64,000 nt of DNA from Rebecca billardiae RCC1528. Its lineage: Eukaryota; Protista; Haptophyta. The position numbers and the translations under genes were made by a program. The stretch lies in the NCBI GenBank assembly GCA_965240325.2, contig OZ251231.1:1364001-1428000 (forward strand), given 5' to 3'. Positions 1 to 11,913 of this stretch are shown one piece after another; the stretch's first letter is position 1; each line of letters opens with the position of its first letter. A model generated the notes under the pieces. The model searched no databases. It had not been told where the DNA came from and saw only the letters and a program-made list of their open reading frames with translations.

Positions 1-243
1 TGGCGGCGAGGGTGCGCACCGCGTCGATTGCCGAGGCCTGCAGCCCGGTGATCGCCGCGTCGACGCGCGCGGCGATTTCCCCACGCAGCTCCTCGCGCCA
101 CGTGGCCGCCGCTCGCGTGCAGGCAGCTGGGCGCCGCTGCGCGACCCAGGAACCGGCGCGCGTCGCAAGGCACTCCCTTGGACAGGCTCCGCAGTTGACG
201 ACCTCTTTCACCTCGGCACGTGCCTTAAGTAGCTCTCTGATCA
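1..243 (-). CDS. Partial hypothetical coding segment running off the left edge
   Basis: The minus frame reads LIRELLKARAEVKEVVNCG...WREELRGEIAARVDAAITGLQASAIDAVRTLAA without a stop. No start or homology was recognised. Confidence 0.3.
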
Positions 244-289
244 AGAGTGCCTTGCGTGCCGGGTAGCTCTCTGATCAGTAGGTTACGAC

Positions 290-391
290 GCGGTGGATTC
301 ATTCTCCTGATGGCTCATTGATGAATACCATTTGTCGTCACGAAGCGGTGGATTCGTTCTCCTGATGGCTCCTTGATGAATACCATTTGTC
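290..391. repeat. Two-copy ~55-bp tandem duplication
   Basis: GCGGTGGATTC(A/G)TTCTCCTGATGGCTC(A/C)TTGATGAA(A)TACCATTTGTC occurs twice. Confidence 0.85.
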
Positions 392-492
392 AGATGGCGA
401 CGATCAGGTAACGAGTGGTAAAGAGTCCGGTCATACGCGACCCGCTTCCTCTGCAATCCCAGCTTTCGGCATACGCGGGTACTACGATACAT

Positions 493-841
493 TATGGCCC
501 GCGGTGAAGATAAATACGATGAGAGTCGTTGCGGCGGCGAGGCCATATTTATTTATTACTATGGTCACACATGAACGAGAGGCTACCCACAATTACCCTG
601 CCTGGCGCACTTGGGCGTGGGTTTCGTTGATTCCTCTGTTCACTATTCAAGACGGCGGACGCGCCCTTTTTCGACGCTAATGCACCTGTAAGGGAGTCTC
701 AAAATCGAAACTCGGTCTCCTCCAGCCCTAAAAAATCGCCCCCCGTCCCTTTTTTCTTGATCAAAGATCTTTTTGAAACGTGGTTCGGGCCCGCTGGTGC
801 GGGCTCCACGCTGCGCGCTCCGCCCTGCACCGCGGGCCATA
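493..841. mobile_element. MITE family 1, complete copy (~350 bp)
   Basis: Perfect 14-bp terminal inverted repeat TATGGCCCGCGGTG (493-506) / CACCGCGGGCCATA (828-841). Non-coding. Homologous inverted copies lie at ~30695-31013 and ~6922-7102. Confidence 0.8.
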
Positions 842-1096
842 TATACGTAAGGTCCCCGTAACTAGTGTGACAGGCTATACGATTGTCTGTCAGTGTCTAC
901 CGGGCTGAGGGGCCGAACTCCCGTTCGTCTCTCAATCTCGATCTGACCATTCTGACCCGGTGTCTGTAGCTGAGTGTCCGCCGTATACCTTTTTCCTAGT
1001 AGCCGCCACTAGCCGTAGAACTCGAATTCACACGCACGGTTCTGAACTCTGATGGCGGGCATGCGCGATAAAGTAGCTACTCATAATCTATAGGCC

Positions 1097-1097
1097 G

Positions 1098-1176
<79 letters not shown>
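1097..1176. repeat. (CA)n(TA)n microsatellite
   Basis: Direct reading. Confidence 0.95.
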
Positions 1177-1177
<1 letters not shown>

Positions 1178-1948
1178 CTACAGTATATATATATAAGTGT
1201 ATGTCGTTATGTACATCACACGGCTTCGCGCGATGATACATCACAGATCATCAATAAAAGCGCTGCCTTGGCCACACGAACGAGCGGGGCTGAGCCTCAG
1301 GCGGGCAATGCGTGGCTCCACGTGTGTGATACTCTGTCTCTGGGTGCGAAAGCGCGTCGGGCGCGTGGGGGCGAGGCGGCGAGGCCGAGGCGCGTTTCTC
1401 GCTGTCTTTCCAGCTGACCATGCGCGCGCCCGCGCGCGCCACGCCGCACGCCCGCGCAGCTGAACTCTCGGCATGTTCGCGGGAAGTCGCTCGCCCAAGC
1501 CCTCACGCTCGCGCCGTCCATGACCATGGCCGCGCTGTGATGGCTCCGCGTGCGGAGTGCTGACTGACCGTGAGCCTCTCTCTCTCTGGCTGCGCATGAC
1601 GGCGCGGCAAGCAGCGCGCGCAGATCTGCGGGCGACGAGGCTGGGCGCCAGTCCTCGCAGTACGAGGCCGAGCGCGGACACTTCTGTTTTGCTCGCGACG
1701 AGGCTGGGCTTAGATCTGCGAGCGGCGAGTCCGCGACGATGGCGAGGTGGCATATGCTACGGGCGACGCCGCGCTCCTCTCTCGCCCGTGCTCGCAGTCG
1801 CCCTCGCGCTCCAGGCCGTCGGCCGACAGCACCCGCGGCGGCGCCGACGCGCACAGCGGCCCTCGCACTGCATCGATCGACGCGGCGGCGAGGCTGACAG
1901 ACAAAGGTCGCAATCCAGGGTGTCACGTGCCGTGGGGAGACTCTCCTT

Positions 1949-2365
1949 GTGCCCGCATTCGAGGGGAAAACGCCGAGGGCGTGCAAGGAGCGGCTGCTGC
2001 GGCTGCGGGAGGTCGTAGACAGGCTCGAGCCGCGGCTGCTCGCGACGCTCTTTCCCGCCGCCGACGCCGACGAGCTGCCGAGCTCATTCATCCGACGCTG
2101 CGCCGATCCCGCCGAGCGCGCGAGGCTGTGCGAGGCTGAGACGGGCGAGCTGCCGAGCGCGATCTCTGCGCTGCGCGCGGCCACAGCAGGGCTGCCCGAA
2201 GCGCACCGGGCGGAGGCGCTGCAGCTGCTGCGCGTCGAGTTCGACCGACACGGCGCAGCCCCCCGAGGCCGTCGATCGCGTCGATTACTCGCGCCCGCGC
2301 CGGCCGCGCCTCCTGCACGGCGACGCGCCGGGCGCGCGCATCGTCGTGATTCGCTCATTCGGTGA
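1949..2365 (+). CDS. Hypothetical helical protein (last exon or gene fragment)
   Basis: 138-aa ORF with protein-like composition (RLLRLREVVDRLEPRLLATLFP) and GC-rich third positions. No ATG start; the upstream structure is unresolved. Confidence 0.3.
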   Translation: MPAFEGKTPRACKERLLRLREVVDRLEPRLLATLFPAADADELPSSFIRRCADPAERARLCEAETGELPSAISALRAATAGLPEAHRAEALQLLRVEFDRHGAAPRGRRSRRLLAPAPAAPPARRRAGRAHRRDSLIR

Positions 2366-2521
2366 AGAACGCGACAACTACTAGCTAGGGCCGTGCGCTC
2401 TCAACTTCGTTGTTTACTACCCGAAGATCGGCGTAGCCGATCATATATATATCTATATATATATATAACCATATATATAGCTAACTACAGTAGACAGTAT
2501 TATTACCCGAGCGGTACTAGA

Positions 2522-3004
2522 TAGAGGGGTCAGAGCCCCACTGTGGGGTGTGTGGCCCAAAACCCAACTTATTTCTGTCGCCTTGCTGATTGAGATGAGG
2601 CTCTCAAACTTCGGGTCTTCGGGATGTCAATATTCGCCTGAAATGACCTGGGGGACTCAAGCTGACGATTTTTGCGAAAAAAGGTCACATACTGGAGATA
2701 TACGACCTCAATCTCGACGCGATCTCGGCAACATTCGTATAGGGGAGATACACGGTCTCCATCAAGGTGATCTCGCTATTTGCACCAGAATCGCACCGGC
2801 TAGATCACATTTTGGCAGCCTGAAATTGGCACAGGCGGATTCAATGGCGGGATTCTACACCCTGGAATTATAAGCCTTAACGCCTACTAACTAGTTAGTT
2901 CGTCCAAGTAGGCAAGTACCGATACCCGTGTGATAGTGCATGCTAAGAGATTTCGGGAGATTGTGGCACCCGGGAGTGTAACGGTCGGAGCCCTGACCCC
3001 TCTA
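2522..3004. mobile_element. hAT-like MITE (483 bp)
   Basis: TIRs TAGAGGGGTCAG (2522-2533) / CTGACCCCTCTA (2993-3004). CCCGAGCGG occurs at 3005-3013 and 2506-2514 as a candidate, slightly displaced TSD. The interior is lower in GC and non-coding. Confidence 0.6.
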
Positions 3005-3224
3005 CCCGAGCGGCGCGGCTGCTTGCCAATGCTTATGCCGCGAGTGAGACTGAGACTGTCGCGGCTGAGTCGACCGTAGTCCGATGTTGTTCACTAGAAA
3101 TAGAATCACTAGTTACCCTCGGAACTCGAGTGCAGATCGGCGTAGCCGCGATCATCATATTGTCACGGTCCTCTCATCATCACGTAACATCATCAGTATA
3201 GCAGATAGAGCTGCGCCGAATAAG

Positions 3225-4769
3225 TTATTTACGCGCCCGAAACTCGATCTGACCCAGAGTAACCACAGGGAGTAGACTCTCTGGGGGTGCAGACACTGCG
3301 ACTGCCACTGATGGATCCCAAGGCTGATGATGTTGAGCCGCCTGCGACGCTGGCATTAAGCCCGAGCCCGAGGAGACGATGAATTCTTCGCCCACAGCCA
3401 CGACAATGGGAAGCATTGGAGATACAGTCGGCTCGACTTGTAGCTCGGCCATCGTTGCATTGACAGGCTGCCGGCCAATGCTGGTGATTGCACGCGCAGC
3501 ACGTATCGGTCCATCGGCATCGCAGTGCCGTGCGCGGGGGCGCTTGCTGGGCCCGATCTGGGTGGGCATCATTGAGGCAGAGCATTTGGCCATGTGAACG
3601 CTCTTGTTGCCATGCGACAGCGAAAGCATGCCTGGGAGCTTGTGCAATGTGCACCGGCTGCCGCGCGCATCACCCGGCATGCCAAATGATGGCTTCTTTG
3701 TGCAGCCAGCCTCATCGCACCTGCGGCTCACCACGTCGACCATGCCGGCCAGCTTGTGCGCTGCGCACCGGCTGCGGCGCGCATCACCCGGCATGCCAAA
3801 TGATGGCGTCTTTGTGCAGCCAGCCTCATCGCACCTGCGGCTCACCACGTCGATCATGCCAGCCAGCTTGTGCGCGGCGCACCGGCTGCCGCGCGCAGCA
3901 CCCGGCATGCCAAAGAATGGCTGCGTCACACAGCCAGCCTCATCACATTTGCGGTTCACCACGTTGACCATGCCGGCCAGCTTGTGCGCTGCGCACCGGC
4001 TGCCGCGCTCATCACCCGGCATGCCAAAGTGTGGCTGCTTCACACAGCCAGCCTCATCGCACCTGCGGCTCACCACGTCGATCATGCCAGCCAGCTTGTG
4101 CGCGGCGCACCGGCTGCCGCGCGCAGCACCCGGCATGCCAAAGAATGGCTGCGTCACACAGCCAGCCTCATCACATTTGCGGTTCACCACGTTGACCATG
4201 CCGGCCAGCTTGTGCGCTGCGCACCGGCTGCCGCGCTCATCACCCGGCATGCCAAAGTGTGGCTGCTTCACACAGCCAGCCTCATCGCACCTGCGGCTCA
4301 CCACGTCGATCATGCCAGCCAGCTTGTGCGCGGCGCACCGGCTGCCGCGCGCAGCACCCGGCATGCCAAAGAATGGCTGCGTCACACAGCCAGCCTCATC
4401 ACATTTGCGGTTCACCACGTTGACCATGCCGGCCAGCTTGTGCGCTGCACACCGGCTGCCGCGCTCATCACCCGGCATGCCAAAGTGTGGCTGCTTCACA
4501 CAGCCAGCCTCATCGCACCTGCGGCTCACCACGTCGATCATGCCAGCCAGCTTGTGCGCGGCGCACCGGCTGGCACGCGCATCACCCGGCATGCCAAATG
4601 ATGGCTTCTTCGTGCAGCCAGCATCATCGCACCTGCGGTTCACCACGTTGACCATGCCGGCCAGCTTGTGCAATGTGCACCGGCTGGCACGCGCATCACC
4701 CGGCATGCCGAATGATGGCGTCTTTGTGCAGCCAGCCTCATCGCACCTGCGGTTCACCACATTGACCAT
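3225..4769 (-). CDS. EsV-1-7 cysteine-rich repeat protein, copy 1 (10 x 38-aa repeats plus 134-aa tail)
   Basis: Tandem 114-bp units encode RCDEAGCxxxPxFGMPGxxRxSRCxxHKLAGMxxV, matching the EsV-1-7 pattern (C-x4-C...PxF...CxxHK..GM). Confidence 0.8.
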   Translation of the reverse strand: MVNVVNRRCDEAGCTKTPSFGMPGDARASRCTLHKLAGMVNVVNRRCDDAGCTKKPSFGMPGDARASRCAAHKLAGMIDVVSRRCDEAGCVKQPHFGMPGDERGSRCAAHKLAGMVNVVNRKCDEAGCVTQPFFGMPGAARGSRCAAHKLAGMIDVVSRRCDEAGCVKQPHFGMPGDERGSRCAAHKLAGMVNVVNRKCDEAGCVTQPFFGMPGAARGSRCAAHKLAGMIDVVSRRCDEAGCVKQPHFGMPGDERGSRCAAHKLAGMVNVVNRKCDEAGCVTQPFFGMPGAARGSRCAAHKLAGMIDVVSRRCDEAGCTKTPSFGMPGDARRSRCAAHKLAGMVDVVSRRCDEAGCTKKPSFGMPGDARGSRCTLHKLPGMLSLSHGNKSVHMAKCSASMMPTQIGPSKRPRARHCDADGPIRAARAITSIGRQPVNATMAELQVEPTVSPMLPIVVAVGEEFIVSSGSGLMPASQAAQHHQPWDPSVAVAVSAPPESLLPVVTLGQIEFRARK

Positions 4770-4874
4770 CGCCGGCCAGCTTGTGCTTCATGACGCGCAC
4801 TCGGCAAGCAGAGGCCAAGTCCGGACGCGAAGCTTCCGGAGTGGGCTCGCAAGTGCATCCAGACGTGCCGCACG

Positions 4875-6529
4875 ATGTCGTCGCGAGGACGTGGTCTCAT
4901 CAGCAGCCGGTCAGGCTGCCTGGTCGCGCTGGTCTTGGGTGCGCGCGCGGAACCCGCCGCACGTCCCAGCGCACGCGCACATTCGGCACGCGCGCGTGAC
5001 TCACCACACCCGCCGCGGCCCCGCGCACTGATCTGCACGCGCTGCGCGCAGCCGCGTGGCTCGCAGTCGCAGCGGACGCGGCGCGCATGGGGCGCGTGCA
5101 TTCGCCCCGCGTGGCTCGCGTAGCCAGCGCGGTGCGAGGCGAGCGACCAGTGTGGCACACTGCACGCGCGCGGAGCGAGCGGAGCCGCCTCGCGCGCATG
5201 GCCGCCGACTATTACTCGACACTCGGCGTGGGGCGCAGCGCGGATGCGAAGGAGCTCAAGTCCGCATACCGAAAGCTCGCGCGGCAGTTCCACCCGGACG
5301 TGAACCCTTCGGACACGGCCAAGGAGAAGTTCCAGGAGATCAACCAGGCGTACGAGGTGCTCTCCAACCCGGAGATGCGCGCGCGGTATGATCAGTTCGG
5401 CGAGGCGGGCGTGAAGGGCGGCGCGGGCATGGGCGGTCCGGGCGGTCCGGGCGTCGAGTTCGACCTGGGCGACATCTTCGAGTCGTTCTTCGGTGGCGGC
5501 GGGGGCATGGGCGGCATGGGCGGGCCTGGCGGCCGCCGGCGACCGCGGGGCCCTCCGCAGGGTGCGCGCCCGCGCGCGCGCGCCCGCCGAGCACGCCCAG
5601 CCCGCAGCGCGCGCGCGCTCTCGAGGTGTCGCCGCTGAGCGCTCCGAGCGCCGCGCTCGCGCCTCGCGCCGCGCAGGCGAGGACCTGCGATTCGACCTGG
5701 AGATCGACTTTAAGACGGCGGTCTTCGGCGGGGAGCGCTCCATCCGCATCAACCACCTCGAGACGTGCGACACGTGCTCGGGCTCGGGCATCAAGCCGGG
5801 CGCGAGCGTGACGACGTGCAACACGTGCGGCGGCTCGGGCGTGACGGTGCAGGTTGTGTCGACCATCCTCGGCCGCATGCAGCAGCAGAGCACGTGCCCG
5901 GCATGCGGCGGCACGGGGCAGGAGGTCGAGGCGTACTGCGGCTCGTGCGACGGGCGCGGCGTCGTGAACAAGGCGAAGACGCTCAAGGTGAACATCCCCA
6001 AGGGCGTCGACTCGGGCCAGCGGCTGCGCGTGCGGAACGAGGGCAACGCCGCGCCCAAGGGCGGGCAGTCGGGCGACCTCTACGTGTTCATCACCGTGCA
6101 GGAGGACAAGCAGTTCCGGCGCGAGGGCGTGGACATCTACACGGAGCTCACCGTCTCGTACATCGACGCGATCCTCGGCCGGCGCGTCAAGACGCCGACG
6201 ATCGACGGCGAGGTCGAGGTCGACCTGCCGGCGGGCACGCAGCCGGGCACCACGCTGCGCATCGAGGGCAAGGGCGTGCCCAAGCTCAACTCGCCGGACG
6301 TGCGCGGGAACCAGTACATCAAGGTGATCGTCGAGATCCCGAAGAAGCTCTCGAAGCAGGTGCGCGCCCGCGCGCGCGTCCCGGCTCGTCTCCGTGCCCA
6401 CCCGCCGCCGTGCCTCACGCGCGAGGCCCCATTGCCCCTTCCGCGCGCTCCGCCCGCGCGGACGATCGCCCGCAGGAGCGCGAAGCCGTGCTCAAGCTCG
6501 ACGAGCTCGCAAAAAGCGCCGCCAGGTGA
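4875..6529 (+). CDS. dnaJ: Type I DnaJ chaperone, probably plastid-targeted; exons 4875-4938, 5052-5561, 5677-6359, 6476-6529
   Basis: J-domain with HPD, G/F region, four CxxCxGxG motifs and C-terminal domain. GT-AG introns restore the frame. The N-terminus has a hydrophobic signal followed by a basic transit-like peptide. Confidence 0.93.
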
Positions 6530-6921
6530 TCGGCTCGTGCTCACGCGCACCCATAGGGGCAGCGGCGTCCGGTGGAGGACCGGTAGTAGCGCGCCCTGTG
6601 GCGTGCCGCATTGCACTCCCGAGCGTCCCTCCGGGCACTAAAGCTCCTCGGCCGCGCACCAGCCGGGCCGCTCACCGTGACTCTGCCTGCCTCATGGCCT
6701 CGCCGCTCGCGTACGCGTGTGAGGACACCGGTCGTCCGGCTCGGGTGCTGGCGCCGATTCGACGCGCCGATTCGACACTAGAGCGGCACCTGCGAGTGCC
6801 GACGCAGCGCACCACTTTACGGATTGCATTCATGCGCACTGTGATGAAAGTAATCATTGAGAATGCACGCTTATTGCACGCGCACTCGGCGCACTACAGT
6901 ATAACTATAAGTTATATCATA

Positions 6922-7175
6922 TATGGCCCCGCCGCGGTGCAGGGCGGTGAGGGCGGAGCGCGCAGCGTGGAGGCTCACTGGAGCCCGCAGTGCGGGCCCT
7001 AACCACGTTTCAAAATAAGATCTTTGATCAAGCAGAAAAAAGGCGGACGGGGTGACGATTTTCAGGGCTGGAGGAGATGAAGGAGTTTCGAATTTTGAGA
7101 CCGCCTAGTTTTGACACTTTTAAATTCCCCTTTATAACGGGCTCCGGGTGATCAGACTGGCGGCCGAAGCCTCTG
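6922..7175. mobile_element. Degenerate relative of MITE family 1
   Basis: 6922-7102 aligns with the reverse complement of ~695-841. 7120-7175 matches the reverse complement of ~27958-28030. Confidence 0.7.
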
Positions 7176-7434
7176 ACAGCCCTACCCTGGCCAGCCCCCA
7201 ACCAACCACCACCCTCACCCAACCTCAAACCACTGACCGAGACACCTATTGCCTTGACACCACTCCACTGACTCGCCGATAACGGATAAAAGGACGCGCC
7301 GCCCACAAGTTCATATAAGTAAATAAGCGTGCCGGAGACGGAGTCGTGACGGTCAGTGACGCCCGTCCGTCCACTCACTCCACTGCAGACTCACTGCTGC
7401 TGAGTGGCCACCGGCTTTCGCTCACGCTCAGCCG

Positions 7435-7551
<117 letters not shown>

Positions 7552-8788
7552 GTGGTGTTATTGGCACAATAATCGATTGTGTCCGCTGGCGAGAAGTACG
7601 TGGCCATACTACCCGCCGATCGACTTTGCCAGCTGCGTCGTACTACAGGGCGACGATCCAATTGGCTGATGTTATCGACCTCGACGCACCGTCGAGCGCT
7701 TGCTGCAGCCGCTTGCCTCGGCACCCCGCACCTCCAGCTGTCAGCTGAGCCGGCCCCGACCGCTGGTGAAGCGCTACACCTGCTCCGGACTACAGCATGG
7801 CAGATAGTAGATACAAACGATTCATCGTTCTGGCGGAGCAACCACCACGAGCGCTCACCATTCCCGCCATAATCAGCATCATACACGCCTCTATGATGCA
7901 TCAATGACTACGAACTCGGTCGCCCAGCAATATTCCAGCTCATCGATTGGCTTTCTCATCTGCAGCCGGTCGATCATAGCTTACATTGATGGGGGCACTT
8001 GGAGTACAAATGGCCGGCAGCTGTCGTCTTCCTTCATCTTCTATATGCTTATTGGACGGTGACAAAGCTGCAGTATGCCAGCCGTGTCCGCTAATCACTG
8101 AGGCTCATCCAAGTTACCACATCAGATTCGCTCTCAGTGACACGCGCACGCAGCTCGGGCAAGCCAGCTGCCAGATTCCCTCTCCCAGCCCTCTGGCCAG
8201 CTGTCAGCTGCGTGCTGTTCGTCGCAGCAGCTGCCCTCGTGCCGAAGTGCTCGTCCCTCCGCCTCCCCTATCTCGCCCTTTTGCAGTCCTCGGGCCGACT
8301 CCTCGCTGCCTCGGTGCTGTGACTCTGCCTGCGCGGGGATCTTACGGCGTGGCGCGACGACGATCTCGCGATCCCGCCTGCTTCTGGTCGCTGCCAGTTG
8401 TGCCCCGCCACGGCAGCCTGCTGTGGGCTGCAACGTATTCTACGATGACAACGAGAAAATCCCAAGGAGTGTCTACTGTGTTATGTAAGTATGCGCCTGC
8501 CGCATCCAGGCAGTTGGTTGCGTTATGCGTACGCAATAAGGTCAAGGACACTGCTGTACGTCTTATTATATTCGCGTAAGCTAGTAATCAGTAGTACATT
8601 CGTCATTAATAACTTATATATATAATAATTGAATAATTGTCAACCGCGTTGGCGGATGACGATCACTCATTGACTCATTAATGAGGGCATGATGATGAAT
8701 GGACCGCCCGGTGACGATCATGATGTGCAGCGCTGCCGGATCCTCTGCACCCTCGGCACTCGGCAGCAGGGTCCCGCAAGCAGTCGTA

Positions 8789-10084
8789 CTACATTCCGGG
8801 CAGTCTTCGAAACTCAATCTGACCCACAGTACCCACAGGGAGCTCTGGCAGCCGCGGGAGTACCGGTGACACTGGATCCCGAGGCTGTTGGTGAGCCACC
8901 GACGACCGCAGCACCGAGCCCGAGCGCGAGGAGACGATGAATTCTTCGTCCACGGCCACGACAATGGGAAGCACTGGAGACACAGTCGGCTCGAGTTGGA
9001 GCTCGGCCGTTGTGGCATCGGCAGGCAGCCTTCCAATGCTCGTCCTTGCACGCGCAGCACGTGTAGGTCCATCGACATCGCAATGCTGAACAGAGGGGCG
9101 CTTGCTGCGGTGCTTGACATCGACCATGCCAGCCAGCTTGTGCGCTCCACACCGGCTGCCGCGCGCATCACCCGGCATGCCAAAGACTGGCACCGTTGTG
9201 CAGCCAGCCTCATCGCACATGCGGTTCTTCACGTCGACCATGCCGGCCAGCTTGTGCGCTGCGCACCGGCTGCCGCGCGCATGACCCGGCATGCCAAATG
9301 ACGGGTTCTTTGTGCAGCCAGCCTCATCGCACTTGCGGTGCCTGACATCGACCATGCCGGCCAGCTTGTGCGCTGCGCACCGGCTGCCGCGCGCATCATC
9401 TGGCATGCCAAATGATGGCTCCTTTGTGCAGCCAGCCTCATCGCACCTGCAGCTCTTCACATTGACCATGCCGGCCAGCTTGTGCGCTGCACACCGGCTG
9501 CCGCGCGCATCACCCGGCATGCCAAAGACTGGCTTCTTTGTGCAGCCAGCCTCATCGCACCTGCGGCTCTTCACATTGACCATGCCGGCCAGCTTGTGTG
9601 CGGCGCACCGGCTGCCACGCGCATCACCCGGCATGCCAAAGGCTGGCTGCGTCACGCAGCCAGCCTCATCGCACCTGTGGTTCACCACGTCGACCATGCC
9701 GGCCAGCTTGTGCGCTGCGCACCGGCTGCCGCGCGCATCATCTGGCATGCCAAATGATGGCGTCTTTGTGCAGCCAGCCTCATCGCACCTGCAGCTCTTC
9801 ACATTGACCATGCCGGCCAGCTTGTGTGCGGCGCACCGGCTGCCACGCGCATCACCCGGCATGCCAAAGGCTGGCTGCGTCACGCAGCCAGCCTCATCGC
9901 ACCTGTGGTTCACCACGTCGACCATGCCGGCCAGCTTGTGCGCTGCGCACCGGCTGCCGCGCGCATGACCCGGCATGCCAAATGATGGCCTCCTTGTGCA
10001 GCCAGCCTCATCGCACCTGCGTTTCCCCACGTCGACCATGCCGGCCAGCTTGTGCGCTCCACACCGGCTACCACAACTCGACAC
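8789..10084 (-). CDS. EsV-1-7 cysteine-rich repeat protein, copy 2 (8 full repeats, partials and tail)
   Basis: Same 38-aa repeat as copy 1. The tail is homologous to copy 1 (AELQ[LV]EPTVSP[VM]LPIVVAV.EEFIVSS...GQIEFR). The ORF begins mid-repeat. Confidence 0.78.
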   Translation of the reverse strand: MSSCGSRCGAHKLAGMVDVGKRRCDEAGCTRRPSFGMPGHARGSRCAAHKLAGMVDVVNHRCDEAGCVTQPAFGMPGDARGSRCAAHKLAGMVNVKSCRCDEAGCTKTPSFGMPDDARGSRCAAHKLAGMVDVVNHRCDEAGCVTQPAFGMPGDARGSRCAAHKLAGMVNVKSRRCDEAGCTKKPVFGMPGDARGSRCAAHKLAGMVNVKSCRCDEAGCTKEPSFGMPDDARGSRCAAHKLAGMVDVRHRKCDEAGCTKNPSFGMPGHARGSRCAAHKLAGMVDVKNRMCDEAGCTTVPVFGMPGDARGSRCGAHKLAGMVDVKHRSKRPSVQHCDVDGPTRAARARTSIGRLPADATTAELQLEPTVSPVLPIVVAVDEEFIVSSRSGSVLRSSVAHQQPRDPVSPVLPRLPELPVGTVGQIEFRRLPGM

Positions 10085-10160
10085 GGTGGGCGCTGCTGGG
10101 CACTTGGCTGGGCAGCCGTGCCCGTGTGGGCACGTTGAGCAAACGTGGTCAGGAGCAAAC

Positions 10161-10340
10161 TACAGTTTACTATGTTTTAACGTGCACACTACAGTTTACT
10201 ATGTTTTAACGTGCACACTTGGTTAAGGCGTGATTGACGCCATCCAACACTGCACAAAGACACCGCCACAAACAGACCGGCGCAGGCAGCAGGTGAGGGG
10301 CGCGTTGCCGCACCTCATCGAGGCGGCCATTGCAGCAAGC
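10161..10340. mobile_element. Dispersed repeat family 2 (TACAGTTTACTATGTTTTAACGTGCACAC end), terminal 29 bp tandemly duplicated
   Basis: The same terminus occurs in the same orientation at 12297-12396 and 28071-28206. Confidence 0.7.
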
Positions 10341-10969
10341 TGCCGCCCCGCGCTCGGAGGCACGCGCTCGGGAGCGCGCTCTGACACCACACGGGGAGGG
10401 TGCTGCACCTGGATGTTGTATCCCAGCCACCTCGAGAGTGCAGCCGCGCCAAACACCTGCCTGCGCTGTGAGCGACGCCACGTCGACTGATCGAGCCCCA
10501 GCCGAAGGGAAGAACTGGAAGATGAAGGGTGGGCAGGTCCACATGCCCGGCGTAAACTGCGCGCTGCTCGCCTGCGGAGGCAAGCAGCGCACCCCCGCCG
10601 CCTTCGCAGCAGCGGGGGCGGGGGAAAGCGGCCCCTCTCGGCTGCCGCCAGCCCCTGTCTGCCCACCTACCCCGGTTGTGGCACAGAGCCTTAGCAAAGG
10701 GACACCCGTTGACCGGTTGACAGGAGCGCTCACGAACGCGACCGGTCCCCTGTCCCCAAGGATGTCCCCTGATCAAGTCTGGACAGTGATGTCACGGACT
10801 AAAAAAAATGCGCGCGAACACTCGGAGCAGCGTCACTTTCGTCATCCATTGTTCGAACGTCTGGACCCGTCTCCGTCGTCGTCACAAACGGCCTGTCGCC
10901 TGACCACATTGCAGACATCCGGCCGTCTCCGCGCTGCGCCGCAACGACACATTCCCCGCAACGACTGCC

Positions 10970-11913
10970 ATGGGGCTCGTCATGTCCCGCTTGTACGACC
11001 GCCTGTTCATTCGCGACACGCGCATCCTGATGCTCGGTCTCGACGGCGCGGGGAAGACGACCCTGCTCTACAAGCTCAAGCTCGACGAGCTCTGCACGAC
11101 CATCCCGACCATCGGCTTCAACGTGGAGGAGGTCGCCTACCGCAACCTGAAGATGAGCGTGTGGGATGTGGGCGGGCAGGACCGCATCCGAGCGCTCTGT
11201 GCGCGCGTGCGTAGCGCTGTGCGCACTGGCAGCGCGCGAAGTAGCCGAATGTCGCGTGCTCACCGGTGCGTTGCCCGGCGCCGTCCCACCGTGCACAACG
11301 CGCGCAGGGCGGCACTACTACCGGGGCACCGACTGCCTGGTGCGCGCACGTACGCGATGCTGGCGAACACATACGCCTCGATCGCGCCTGTTGCCAACTG
11401 CCACCCATTCTCACGTGCCCCTGCGCCCACGCGCCCGCGCGTGCCCACTGCGCGCTGCCACGTCGCGCAGATCTTTGTGGTCGACGCAAACGACCGAGAT
11501 CGGCTGGCGGAGGCTGGCTCCGAGCTGCAGGGCGTGCTTGCGGACGAGACCATGGTCAACCCGCTTGTGCTCGTCTATGCCAACAAGTGCGCGCCGCACA
11601 GCCCTACACGCTGCGAGTGCGCTGGCTGAGGGCTGCCGATGCCTCGACTCATGTCTGCGCCAATGGTTCGCGTGGAACCCTCCTCCCACCGCCCGCCGCC
11701 GCGCCTGCTGCCCCGCCCATCTGCATCAGGATGGATCTGCCCAACGCGCTCTCGGCCTCGGCCATCGCAGAGGGCCTCAAGCTGCACTCGCTGAAGCACA
11801 CGTGGTACATCCAGCCCGCGAGCGCCGTGCGCGGTGAGGGCATCTTCGAGGGCCTCGAGTGGGTGAGCACACAGATCCGCAAACGTCCCAGCCAGCCTGC
11901 TCAGGCAGCCTGA
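10970..11913 (+). CDS. ARF: Arf-family small GTPase; exons 10970-11198, 11308-11339, 11471-11586, 11730-11913
   Basis: MG N-terminus, [23 protein letters not shown], spliced LWRHYY and NKMD motifs; three GT-AG introns. Confidence 0.92.
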
